From the IMG/VR virus record IMGVR_UViG_3300033402_000035, positions 1 through 32,891 of that record: DNA of 32,891 nucleotides; one strand, 5' to 3'. The position numbers were made by a program, and so were the translations under genes. Below are positions 15,071 through 23,399 of the stretch, piece by piece (the stretch's first letter is position 1; every line of letters begins with the position of its first letter). The notes below the pieces were generated by a model, which saw only the letters and a program-made list of their open reading frames with translations, made no database searches and was not told where the DNA came from. This DNA is from a virus (Duplodnaviria > Caudoviricetes).

Positions 15071-16471
15071 ATGGCAGCCCTTCTTACTCACTCTTTGGAA
15101 GACAACACACTTACAGTTCTATGCTGGAGCGACCAGCACGCCGCCAACGTGTCAATGCAAGTGCCTGCCGAACTATTCTCGACGCGCGCATACCGCGAGA
15201 TCGCCGAGAAAGCAATTGATCATCTACAACGATATAATACCCCGCCCAAGGGCCATTTGCGCGACCTGCTTGAAGACAAGCTGCGGCGCGGTGACGAAGG
15301 CATCATGCTCAAGCGCACGCTTGATACAATGGAGGAACTACAGGCTACTCTCCAGCCCGAGTTCGTGCTTGAGCAGTTGCAGCATTTCATTGCTATGCGC
15401 AAGCTGTCTATGGCGGTCGAGCAGGCCGCCGATGCGCTCAACGAGGGCGATATCGACAAAGCACGCGAGGCGCTGTTCGAGCAGGACTTAGCGCCAAAAC
15501 AAACGCCCGGCATCTGGCTCAATGATCCCAAGCGTGCGCTGTCATTCCTTGACCAGCGCGATGAAGACTTCTTCTCCTCTGACATCGACGTGCTCGATGA
15601 TCTCGGCGTGCGGCCCCGCCGCAAAACGCTTACCCTGTTAATCGCCGCCCCCAAAAAAGGGAAGAGCATATGGCTAGTGGGGGTCGGCAAGCGCGCGATC
15701 CTGCATCATCAGAGAGCTTTGCACATTACGCTTGAGAACAGTGAGGAGCTTACTGCCAAGCGATATACTCAAGCTTTGTTCGCTATGTCGGCAGACAGCC
15801 GCGATGCCAGCATACGCGTGCCTATATTTAAGCACGACTCGCTCGGCCGCTGTCTGTCAATCGAACATGATGTCCTGACACCGGAGGTTCTGCGACCGGA
15901 AGCACGTAAACAGCTCGGCAAGCGGCTTTCAGCATTACGTGGCAAGCTGCTCATCAAAGAATTCCCGACCTCCACACTGACCATCGCGCAGCTTAACGCT
16001 TACTTGGATGTGCTTGAGCGCGCGGAGAACTTCGTTCCTGATCTATTAATCATCGACTATCCCGACCTGATGGCGGTCGGCGATGTGCGCGATATGCGCG
16101 TCAACCTGGGCAAACTCTTCGCGCAGCTTCGCGGCATTGGCGTGGCGCGCAATATGGCGGTGGTCGCTGTCACGCAAGGCAACCGCTCATCCGAGACGAC
16201 GCGCACCGTGACCACGGGCATGGTGGCGGAAGATTGGAGTAAGATCGGTACCGCCGACACCGTGCTCACCTACTCGCAGACACCGGAGGAAAAAGAGCTT
16301 GGAATGGCGCGGGTGCTGGTCGCCGCGGCGCGTGATGCGCGCGACAAGTATATAGTGCTGATATCTCAATCCTACGCCACTTGCCAGTTCTGTCTCGACT
16401 CGTGCTACTTCTCCAAATTCTTAGAGTCTGAGGTAGACCGGCTGACCGGCAACGGGAAACAGGAGGACTAA
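15071..16471 (+). CDS. dnaB: DnaB-like (SF4) replicative helicase
   Basis: AAPKKGKS Walker A, HITLENS, LIIDYPDLM, VTQGNR, AEDWSK...AD. Confidence 0.88.
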   Translation: MAALLTHSLEDNTLTVLCWSDQHAANVSMQVPAELFSTRAYREIAEKAIDHLQRYNTPPKGHLRDLLEDKLRRGDEGIMLKRTLDTMEELQATLQPEFVLEQLQHFIAMRKLSMAVEQAADALNEGDIDKAREALFEQDLAPKQTPGIWLNDPKRALSFLDQRDEDFFSSDIDVLDDLGVRPRRKTLTLLIAAPKKGKSIWLVGVGKRAILHHQRALHITLENSEELTAKRYTQALFAMSADSRDASIRVPIFKHDSLGRCLSIEHDVLTPEVLRPEARKQLGKRLSALRGKLLIKEFPTSTLTIAQLNAYLDVLERAENFVPDLLIIDYPDLMAVGDVRDMRVNLGKLFAQLRGIGVARNMAVVAVTQGNRSSETTRTVTTGMVAEDWSKIGTADTVLTYSQTPEEKELGMARVLVAAARDARDKYIVLISQSYATCQFCLDSCYFSKFLESEVDRLTGNGKQED

Positions 16472-16474
16472 TCT

Positions 16475-16828
16475 ATGGACCAAGAAGAATATTGGTACCG
16501 CTACGAAGACCGACTTTACTCGTCCGGAGTAGATGAGTTTGAATTCCCACTTGATACCCCCATACTTCAAGTAAAGCTACGCAGATACCGAGTTCGGAAA
16601 CTAACTCCATGCGGGGCGCGGCTAGAAAATGGGAGGTTTGTGTTACGCTCTGCGAAAAAACGGTGGGCGACGCCGACCGTGAAAGAAGCGGAGGAATCCT
16701 TTGTCGCGCGCAAAAACAGACAGATAAATATACTCTCTAATCGGCTGAAACATGCTCGCGAAGCTCTTAAAATAATACAAAAACAAACCGGCGCGTTTGA
16801 TAGCAGAATGCCAAAGAAGCTGTTCTAA
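16475..16828 (+). CDS. hypothetical basic protein
   Basis: 117 aa with GGAGG RBS; visibly more A/T-rich than the flanking helicase genes. Confidence 0.75.
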   Translation: MDQEEYWYRYEDRLYSSGVDEFEFPLDTPILQVKLRRYRVRKLTPCGARLENGRFVLRSAKKRWATPTVKEAEESFVARKNRQINILSNRLKHAREALKIIQKQTGAFDSRMPKKLF

Positions 16829-16831
16829 AAA

Positions 16832-18394
16832 GTGGCAATCTCGCCCGAAGCGATTGAGCGGTTTCTAGCCTGGACGCCGCCCGAGCATCCGGAGTTCAAG
16901 GGCAAGTCAGCGGCCGAGCTTTACGATATCATCTATAAGATAGTCGACGCGCCATACGTTCACTTTGGTCCCGAGCCGCGTCAGCATCAGATCGAGGGCT
17001 TGGTATTCGCGTTATGGCAGCGCCGCGCGCTCTTGTATTTCTGGATGCAGCTCGGCAAGACCAAGATTGCATTAGACTGGCTGCGCTGCTGTAAAGCGGC
17101 AGGATGGTCGCGGGGCAAGGGGCTTGTGATAGCGCATTCGCCTGTCGGCGTTGACGTTTGGGAAGCGCAGACTACTATCCATTCCACGCTATGCACAGCG
17201 ACCGTTGTATCCGGCCCGGACTCGCTCGACAGATTCCTGGGAGCGTGCGAGGGCGGAGCCGATATCGTTATCGTTGCCTGGTCAACGCTCCAGCAGTTAT
17301 TCACGCAAAAGCGGAAGAGCCGCAAAGGCGTATCTAAGCTTTACCCGATGATGGATGCCGCCCGGCTCGCTGGTGAGTATTTTACCTCCGTCGTGATCGA
17401 CGAAATCCATCTAGCTGGCAATCACACAACTAACCGTTTCAATATCGCCTCGGCGCTTGTGCAAAACTGTAACTGTCGGCTGGGACTATCCGGCACGCCA
17501 GTTGGTCGCGATGCTTTCAAACTGTGGGCATCGACATTCCTGATCGACAGCGGTGAGACTCTAGGACGCAATTACTACTTCTTTGAAGCAGCGTTCGGGA
17601 AAACCCGGCGTAATCCCTTCATGAAGCGGTCAGAGGTTGTATTCGACAAGACAAAGCTGCCTCTGCTCAAGTCACGGCTGGCTGGCCGCGCAATGAGCTA
17701 TGAACTGTCAGAGGTGCGGAAGCTCAATACGCTCCGCGGCCAAGTCGATCTCAAGATGCGCGGCGATCAGCGCGAAGCCTACAACGATATGGTTGACAAA
17801 GTAATCAAGATGAAGGATAGTGAGACGCAAGAGATCAGTAACGCATTTGTGAGGCTACGTCAGATAGCATCCGGATTCCTGCCCTTCATCGACAACAACG
17901 GCGAGACGCGGACTGTCAACTTCGAGAGCAATGCTAAGCTAGAGTGGCTTTCTTCCTTCTTTGAAGAATATGACGGCGTCACACAGTGCGTAATTTTCCA
18001 CGAGTTCATCCATAGCGGACAGATGATCTGTGAGCGGCTCAAGCGCGCCAAGATAGCGCACACTTGGTTGCACGGCAGCACTAAGAATCCGAAACTGGTC
18101 ATCGAGTCTTTCCAGAAAGGCAGCGTCCGGTTCCTGGTGGCGAACACGGCCAAGGGCGGCACCTCGATTAACCTGCCGATGGCCGATTACCTGCTATTTT
18201 ACGAAAGCCCGATTTCGCCAACGGTACGCCAGCAAGCAGAATCGCGGCCGTTAGCGCGCGGCGAGCGGGTGCTGCTGCTCGATGACCTGGTTTGTTCACC
18301 TGTCGAACGCAAAATCCTTGGCTATGTGCAAGAAGGGCGGGACATGTTATCGGTGATCATGCATAGCCGCTCGCTATTGCGTGATCGGGATTAA
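16832..18394 (+). CDS. SNF2-family (SF2) helicase/translocase
   Basis: HQIEG, MQLGKT, IDEIH, LSGTP, RLRQIASG, KGGTSINL, QAESR. Confidence 0.88.
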   Translation: MAISPEAIERFLAWTPPEHPEFKGKSAAELYDIIYKIVDAPYVHFGPEPRQHQIEGLVFALWQRRALLYFWMQLGKTKIALDWLRCCKAAGWSRGKGLVIAHSPVGVDVWEAQTTIHSTLCTATVVSGPDSLDRFLGACEGGADIVIVAWSTLQQLFTQKRKSRKGVSKLYPMMDAARLAGEYFTSVVIDEIHLAGNHTTNRFNIASALVQNCNCRLGLSGTPVGRDAFKLWASTFLIDSGETLGRNYYFFEAAFGKTRRNPFMKRSEVVFDKTKLPLLKSRLAGRAMSYELSEVRKLNTLRGQVDLKMRGDQREAYNDMVDKVIKMKDSETQEISNAFVRLRQIASGFLPFIDNNGETRTVNFESNAKLEWLSSFFEEYDGVTQCVIFHEFIHSGQMICERLKRAKIAHTWLHGSTKNPKLVIESFQKGSVRFLVANTAKGGTSINLPMADYLLFYESPISPTVRQQAESRPLARGERVLLLDDLVCSPVERKILGYVQEGRDMLSVIMHSRSLLRDRD

Positions 18395-18403
18395 AAGTTT
18401 AAC

Positions 18404-18432
18404 TTGCACCGATAACCGATCCGCGGTATATA
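18404..18432 (+). promoter_or_regulatory. sigma70-type promoter upstream of the UvrD-like helicase
   Basis: TTGCAC (18404-18409), 17-nt spacer, TATATA (18427-18432) in one of the few sizeable intergenic gaps of the module; an AAGTT-T-AACTT inverted repeat (18395-18405) overlaps the -35. Confidence 0.6.
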
Positions 18433-18465
18433 TGAGCTGACAACCCGAGCACAAGGGAGCACCCG

Positions 18466-20214
18466 ATGGCCGTTCAAAAACCACCCAATCCCGCGCTGTT
18501 TACAACGGCGCTGACGCCGCTTCCCATCCTCCCGGATATGCAGCAGCCGCCGGAAAGCGCCGCACCCGATTCTATTGACGGAAAAACGGGCTTTAATGGC
18601 GCATTCGCAGCTCCGGCCGCCTTCGCACATCAAAAGCGAGCGCAGGGCTTCGCGCCCAGCCCGCAACAGCAGGCATATTTCGACTGGATCGAGGGCGGCA
18701 AGGGCTCTGCGGTCGTGATCGCGGTGGCCGGCAGCGGCAAAACTACCACGCTTGTGCAAGGTCTCGGCTTGATGGAGGGGCGCGGATTTTTCGGAGCTTA
18801 TAATAAATCGGCTGCGCAGGAGATACGCGACCGTGTTGAGCAGGAGCGCAGCAAGCGCCGCGATCCCGACTTCGGCAAGAAGTTCTACATCGCGACCGTC
18901 CACGCCGCCTGCTTCTCGGCGTGGCGACAGATGTATCCGAAAGTCGAGGTCGATGATCGTAAGGTCGGCAATCTGATCACGCGATATGCCGAGGAGATCG
19001 GCGGCAATGATGGCGTCGTGATCAAGCAGGCGTTTCCCTTCATCGCCAAGATGGTCAGCTTCGGTAAACAATACCTGATCGGCGTTCCAGGCAAGTTCGG
19101 CTTCCGTGGCCTCGACAAATGGCTTGAGTTGGTCGAGCACTTCTCGGCAGACGAAGACCTGCCGGAGAGCGTCTATCTGCCCGCCGCGCTCGAATGGGTG
19201 ATTACAATTTCGATGCGCAGCAAGGAGCAGTGCCGCGAGATCATCGACTTTGACGACATGATTTACGCACCGCTCGCTTTCGGCGCGCGGTTCTTCCAGA
19301 ATGATTGGGTTTTACTTGATGAATTACAAGACATCAATCCCGCTCGCCGTGAGGCTGCGCGCCGCATGCTCAAGCCGGGCGGGCGTTTCGTGGGTGTAGG
19401 AGATGATCGGCAGGCTGTGTACGGCTTCACCGGTGCCGGGGCAGATAGCATTGACCGCATCGTGGAGGAATTCAGCTGTATCCGTCTGCCGCTGACCGTG
19501 TCCTACCGCTGCCCGAAGGCGGTCGTCAATTATGCGCATCAGTGGGTGAAGCACATCCAGGCGCATGAGTCAGCGCCGGAGGGCATTGTGCGGGAAGTGA
19601 CGCTCGATAAATTACCTGCCTCGCCTGATCATATGCCCGACCAACGTCCTTGGTTTTTACAAGATGCTGTCGCCAGCACAGACGCGATCTTATGCCGATA
19701 TACCGCTCCGCTGATCAAAACTGCTTACAGTATGATCAAGGAGGGCGTTGCTTGCCGCGTCGAAGGACGCGATATCGGCCAAGGGCTCGCCATCCTCGCC
19801 AAACGCTGGAAGGTCAAGACGCTGGACAAGTTGGCCGAGCGGCTTGAGCAGCATCGTAAGCACGAGGTCGAGAAGGCGCGCATAGCGGGCAGCGAGCGCC
19901 GTGAGCAGGAAATCGAAGACAAGATTGCGACGCTGTTTGTCATCATCGACCGCTGCCGTGCGTTAGGCAAACACACCGTGCTCGATCTGCTTGATGAGAT
20001 CGCTTTGCTCTTTGCAGACAACGTGAAAAGCGTTGCTGTACTCTGCACCGGTCACAAAGCTAAGGGCCGTGAATGGTCCAAGGTATATTGGATACTGCCA
20101 AGGACTGGTGGCCGACGCTCGCGCCAAGAATGGGAACAGATACAGGAGAGTAACATCATGTATGTAATCTGCACCAGAGCTAAATCCGAACTAGTATTGG
20201 TGCCCGAGCCATGA
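18466..20214 (+). CDS. UvrD/Rep-like SF1 helicase
   Basis: AVAGSGKTTT, IDFDDMI, LLDELQD, VGDDRQAVYGFTGA, LTVSYRCP, TGHKAKGREW, YVICTRAK. Confidence 0.92.
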   Translation: MAVQKPPNPALFTTALTPLPILPDMQQPPESAAPDSIDGKTGFNGAFAAPAAFAHQKRAQGFAPSPQQQAYFDWIEGGKGSAVVIAVAGSGKTTTLVQGLGLMEGRGFFGAYNKSAAQEIRDRVEQERSKRRDPDFGKKFYIATVHAACFSAWRQMYPKVEVDDRKVGNLITRYAEEIGGNDGVVIKQAFPFIAKMVSFGKQYLIGVPGKFGFRGLDKWLELVEHFSADEDLPESVYLPAALEWVITISMRSKEQCREIIDFDDMIYAPLAFGARFFQNDWVLLDELQDINPARREAARRMLKPGGRFVGVGDDRQAVYGFTGAGADSIDRIVEEFSCIRLPLTVSYRCPKAVVNYAHQWVKHIQAHESAPEGIVREVTLDKLPASPDHMPDQRPWFLQDAVASTDAILCRYTAPLIKTAYSMIKEGVACRVEGRDIGQGLAILAKRWKVKTLDKLAERLEQHRKHEVEKARIAGSERREQEIEDKIATLFVIIDRCRALGKHTVLDLLDEIALLFADNVKSVAVLCTGHKAKGREWSKVYWILPRTGGRRSRQEWEQIQESNIMYVICTRAKSELVLVPEP

Positions 20215-20471
20215 CCCGATCCTGTCGCACCTGTCGTTATCTCGATGTTCCTCTAGACAAGGCCGGCCGCAGAGTGGCGAGGATTGGACATATTTATCAA
20301 TGCACATTTCCGACGCCTACACTGCCACCGATGCCTGAATCCTGGACGAAAGGAAATTCGGCGCAGGCACAGAGAGATTTCGAGCACCTGTACAAATTGA
20401 ACAAAGCATATATGGGAGCTACTGACGGCGCATCTTGCGCGGTATGGTTAGCTTTGGAAAAAAAGTCATGA
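20211..20471 (+). CDS. hypothetical Cys-containing protein
   Basis: ATGA overlap with the helicase; CRTC plus two further Cys. Confidence 0.7.
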   Translation: MTRSCRTCRYLDVPLDKAGRRVARIGHIYQCTFPTPTLPPMPESWTKGNSAQAQRDFEHLYKLNKAYMGATDGASCAVWLALEKKS

Positions 20472-20656
20472 GTGAAATGCGTATTCCCGGCGCAGGCTGT
20501 GTGATGTCCGATCGTCATGTGATGTCCGATCGTCAACTGGTCCAGTCTATCACGGACGAACTTCTAGCGATCCAGTGGGTTCTGCGCGGGGGGCGCGTAG
20601 ATATCGCCGACATGGCGCTCGCACTGCTGATCGCAAAATTAGGATGGAAACCATGA
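20468..20656 (+). CDS. hypothetical protein
   Basis: ATGA overlaps on both sides; contains an 18-bp tandem duplication. Confidence 0.55.
   Translation: MSEMRIPGAGCVMSDRHVMSDRQLVQSITDELLAIQWVLRGGRVDIADMALALLIAKLGWKP
20500..20535 (+). repeat. perfect 18-bp tandem duplication
   Basis: TGTGATGTCCGATCGTCA x2. Confidence 0.95.
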
Positions 20657-20892
20657 GTGAGCACGATCGCGATCTGACACGAGAAGAAGCTGGAGCAATC
20701 AAGCAAATGCTCTTCAGGATCACGCAAGTTGAAGGGCACATCAGCGAAGCTGAGGACAGCCTTCCTCATCGGAAAGGAGAATTCGCTCAACTTCGCTCAA
20801 TAATAAACGACATCAAATCCGCTGCTCGCAGTGAGGCGGCATCGGATGCGGAACGTGCCAGTATGGAACACAACAGGGAGTTGAAAAAGTGA
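20653..20892 (+). CDS. hypothetical protein
   Basis: ATGA overlap; helical character. Confidence 0.6.
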   Translation: MSEHDRDLTREEAGAIKQMLFRITQVEGHISEAEDSLPHRKGEFAQLRSIINDIKSAARSEAASDAERASMEHNRELKK

Positions 20893-21080
20893 CCAAAAAT
20901 GAATTTCTAAACGCACTAAAGGCGCTGTCGTTCATTGATGGGTGCCGACTTCCAGAACTTTCTTCGAATGAGCTCAATGAGTTTTTGCGTCATCCCGAGA
21001 AGTTCTTCATCACTGCCGACGATTGGCAACAAAAAGTTATCTGGCGCGAATTGCAGAAGGACCTGAAGGCATCGCCATGA
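20889..21080 (+). CDS. hypothetical protein
   Basis: GTGA overlap and GGGAG RBS. Confidence 0.65.
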   Translation: MTKNEFLNALKALSFIDGCRLPELSSNELNEFLRHPEKFFITADDWQQKVIWRELQKDLKASP

Positions 21081-21343
21081 TCACCACATCGCTCAAACTG
21101 CGTGCGCTCGCCGATCAACTAGCGGCAGCAGGACGCGGTCTGTCGGCTCGCGAAGTTGTTAGTCTTGCACGCGATCTGATTGATGCTGCATACAAATGGC
21201 GCGGACAAGAACGCGCTCTTGACGAAATGGTGGCTGATGCCATCCAAGATACGCGGTTGCTCGATGCGGCCGAGGATGGCGGCAAAGTTATCGTGCTGCC
21301 GTGCGACGTGCAGCCGCCAAGATTTAGGAGGATCAAGTCATGA
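21077..21343 (+). CDS. hypothetical protein
   Basis: ATGA overlaps at both ends. Confidence 0.65.
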   Translation: MITTSLKLRALADQLAAAGRGLSAREVVSLARDLIDAAYKWRGQERALDEMVADAIQDTRLLDAAEDGGKVIVLPCDVQPPRFRRIKS

Positions 21344-21813
21344 ACGTTGATATTAACAATCTGTCTGTGCTGACGTACACACGCGACTTCACTCTGTGGC
21401 ACTACAAGGCGGAGGCGGCGGGGGCGGAAAGCTGCTCGCGCGGTTTCTTCGACGATGCCAGCCACATGATGGCGGCGGGCGACATGGTGCTGATCTCCGC
21501 CAAGGACGGCGGCCAGGTACTGTTCGTCGCCGCTGGGCCAGGCGCGGTTTGCAAGGTGATGGAAGCGCCGTCCGAGTACAATTCCGGGTATCGGTCCAGC
21601 ATTACGGAGCGCAAGGAGCGCGCGGAGCATGCGTTTCTGCAATCCGCGCTGGCGCTGGCAGACGAACGCATCAACGGCGGCCAGAACGCCGAGATACTGC
21701 GCGCCATCTGGCACGCTTTTGACCGTGACTTCATCGCCCTTGAGATGGCGCGGGGAGCCTGTGCGCAGACGCGCGCGCCTACCTCGCCGATCGCCAATGA
21801 GCCAGAAACTTAA
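21340..21813 (+). CDS. hypothetical protein with alphaproteobacterial phage-type N-domain
   Basis: AGGAGG RBS; NLSVLTY..DFTLWHY...GFFDDA..M...GDMV resembles a small Rhodospirillales phage-associated family (recalled, not searched). Confidence 0.7.
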   Translation: MNVDINNLSVLTYTRDFTLWHYKAEAAGAESCSRGFFDDASHMMAAGDMVLISAKDGGQVLFVAAGPGAVCKVMEAPSEYNSGYRSSITERKERAEHAFLQSALALADERINGGQNAEILRAIWHAFDRDFIALEMARGACAQTRAPTSPIANEPET

Positions 21814-21855
21814 ACGTCGGGCGCAAATGAGCCAGAAACTTAAACGTCGGGCGCA
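21796..21855 (+). repeat. perfect 30-bp tandem duplication
   Basis: AATGAGCCAGAAACTTAAACGTCGGGCGCA x2. Confidence 0.95.
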
Positions 21856-22000
21856 AATGCCGGCCGATGACCGCGCCGAAGAGCGGTGGTGGTCGTTTTC
21901 CTGGCGGTTGCTCTGCACCGTCTATGTGTGCTGGCTCATAGTTACGGTGGCAATCCTGGTAGCAGTGATCAAGCAGTGCTCAAGCATAATTATTAATTGA
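21797..22000 (+). CDS. small membrane protein
   Basis: Hydrophobic segment LLCTVYVCWLIVTVAILVAVI; three possible in-frame ATGs (21797, 21827, 21857). Confidence 0.55.
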   Translation: MSQKLKRRAQMSQKLKRRAQMPADDRAEERWWSFSWRLLCTVYVCWLIVTVAILVAVIKQCSSIIIN

Positions 22001-22016
22001 CGACATGGAGAAAAGA

Positions 22017-22676
22017 ATGACCCTCTCTCTTGACTGCACTCTGACTCTCGACGCCATCCGTGCTCAGCGTCCGTGTCGGTCCGGGTGGATCTCTTTGCTG
22101 CGCTATCTCGGACAGACCGAGGCCTCTATTGATTTGAAGACACGCATATCGCTTGGCGATATCGCGGTTGCTAATGACATGAGCGACGCCTGGTGGTGCG
22201 TTCGCGCGCTGCACTACGAAAATGTCCAGGTGCGGCGCGCTTTAATATCCGTCCTGATTCCGTCGCTGCGTCGTATATCGGCGCCATGCGAGATCGTGGA
22301 ACTTCTTTCAGAGTGGTGTGCTGGGGCCGATATTAATCTGCGCACACTAGGACAAAAAGCAAGTGCGAAGGCGGCAGCGGCACGAGCGGCATGGACGGAG
22401 GCGCATCGGGCGGGGGAGGCGGCGGAGGCGGCATGGTGGGCGGCGGAGTCGGCGGCGGAGGCGGCATGGTGGGCGGCGGAGTCGGTGGCGGCGGCAGCGT
22501 ACGCGGCGTGGTGGGCGGGGGAGGCGGCGGCGGAGATCGCGCGAGCGGCGGCATGGGCGGTAGGAACGGCGGAGGCGGCAAAGATGGAACACGAGGCGCA
22601 AAAAAACGATCTTATCGCAGCATTCCCGCCGTTGCATCAGGCCGTAATCGCGTCCAGCGCACTGTGCAGCCCGTAG
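22017..22676 (+). CDS. hypothetical phage protein with Ala/Trp-rich 11-aa repeats
   Basis: GGAG RBS before ATG 22017 (alternative 22005); TLDAIRAQRPCRSGW..LL..LG N-domain; perfect 33-bp duplication at 22419-22484 (AAEAAWWAAES). Confidence 0.8.
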   Translation: MTLSLDCTLTLDAIRAQRPCRSGWISLLRYLGQTEASIDLKTRISLGDIAVANDMSDAWWCVRALHYENVQVRRALISVLIPSLRRISAPCEIVELLSEWCAGADINLRTLGQKASAKAAAARAAWTEAHRAGEAAEAAWWAAESAAEAAWWAAESVAAAAYAAWWAGEAAAEIARAAAWAVGTAEAAKMEHEAQKNDLIAAFPPLHQAVIASSALCSP

Positions 22677-23386
22677 AGATCCAGATGTTCGGGCGATACC
22701 GAAGAAGTGTCCAACCAATCCCGGTTGAGTAGCGCATAGGCTTCCTCACAGTAGCACCGCCAAAAGGCCCTGGTCATGCGCTGCACCGTGTCCCAGGTAA
22801 TGCAGGCCAAGCTGTCGGCGTCGTAATCAGTCACCCATACAGCGTGACCGCCCCAGGTGCCAGGCTCACTGCCAACGTCCCACACGGCTTGATTTTGCGC
22901 GCTGTCGGGAAGATTCAGGCCAATATAGATGCCCCCGAAGTTGTAGATCGCTTCGCGCACGTCGGCATCGTTGCCCGGTTGCAGCGCCGCCCACAGGGTC
23001 ACATCCTCGCCCTGCCGCCCGATGTCCCAACCGTGCTGCGACCACATGCCGAGCACGTCGGTCTCGACAGCGCCCATGTCCGTCTCGGGCTTGCCCGGCT
23101 GGTAGCCGGACACGGCGCTGTAGCGGGCAAGCGTCACCTCATCGGACACACGCCAGAGCGCGCCGTTGGCTGCGGTCCAGGTCTGGATGGCGTTCACCGC
23201 TGCCGCAATGGTGCAGTCGCCGACTTTATCGTTGAGATGCATCCCCCATTCAGAGACGATATCGCTGCGCTTGCACACCGGTGGCGGAGGCGGCAGCGCA
23301 CGACGCCGGAAGTCCGCCAGCTTCGGCACGATCACGCCGACGTGAGGCGGCCGACGGCCGAGCTTGACACTGCGATGATCGACCAT
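22637..23386 (-). CDS. papain-like (C1-type) cysteine peptidase domain protein
   Basis: LNDKVGDCTIAA (candidate catalytic Cys), GGHAVWVTDYD (His), CITW; GGGAGG RBS. Confidence 0.65.
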   Translation of the reverse strand: MVDHRSVKLGRRPPHVGVIVPKLADFRRRALPPPPPVCKRSDIVSEWGMHLNDKVGDCTIAAAVNAIQTWTAANGALWRVSDEVTLARYSAVSGYQPGKPETDMGAVETDVLGMWSQHGWDIGRQGEDVTLWAALQPGNDADVREAIYNFGGIYIGLNLPDSAQNQAVWDVGSEPGTWGGHAVWVTDYDADSLACITWDTVQRMTRAFWRCYCEEAYALLNRDWLDTSSVSPEHLDLYGLHSALDAITA

Positions 23387-23399
23387 CGAGCGCCTCCCG

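Noticed and set aside
18391-18402. CtrA box (TTAA-N7-TTAA) at the helicase promoter
   Set aside because: The two TTAA half-sites are 4 nt apart, not 7.
22333-22732. Poly-Pro, poly-Gly and poly-Arg ORFs
   Set aside because: These are alternative-frame readings of the GCG-rich Ala repeat in 22017..22676.
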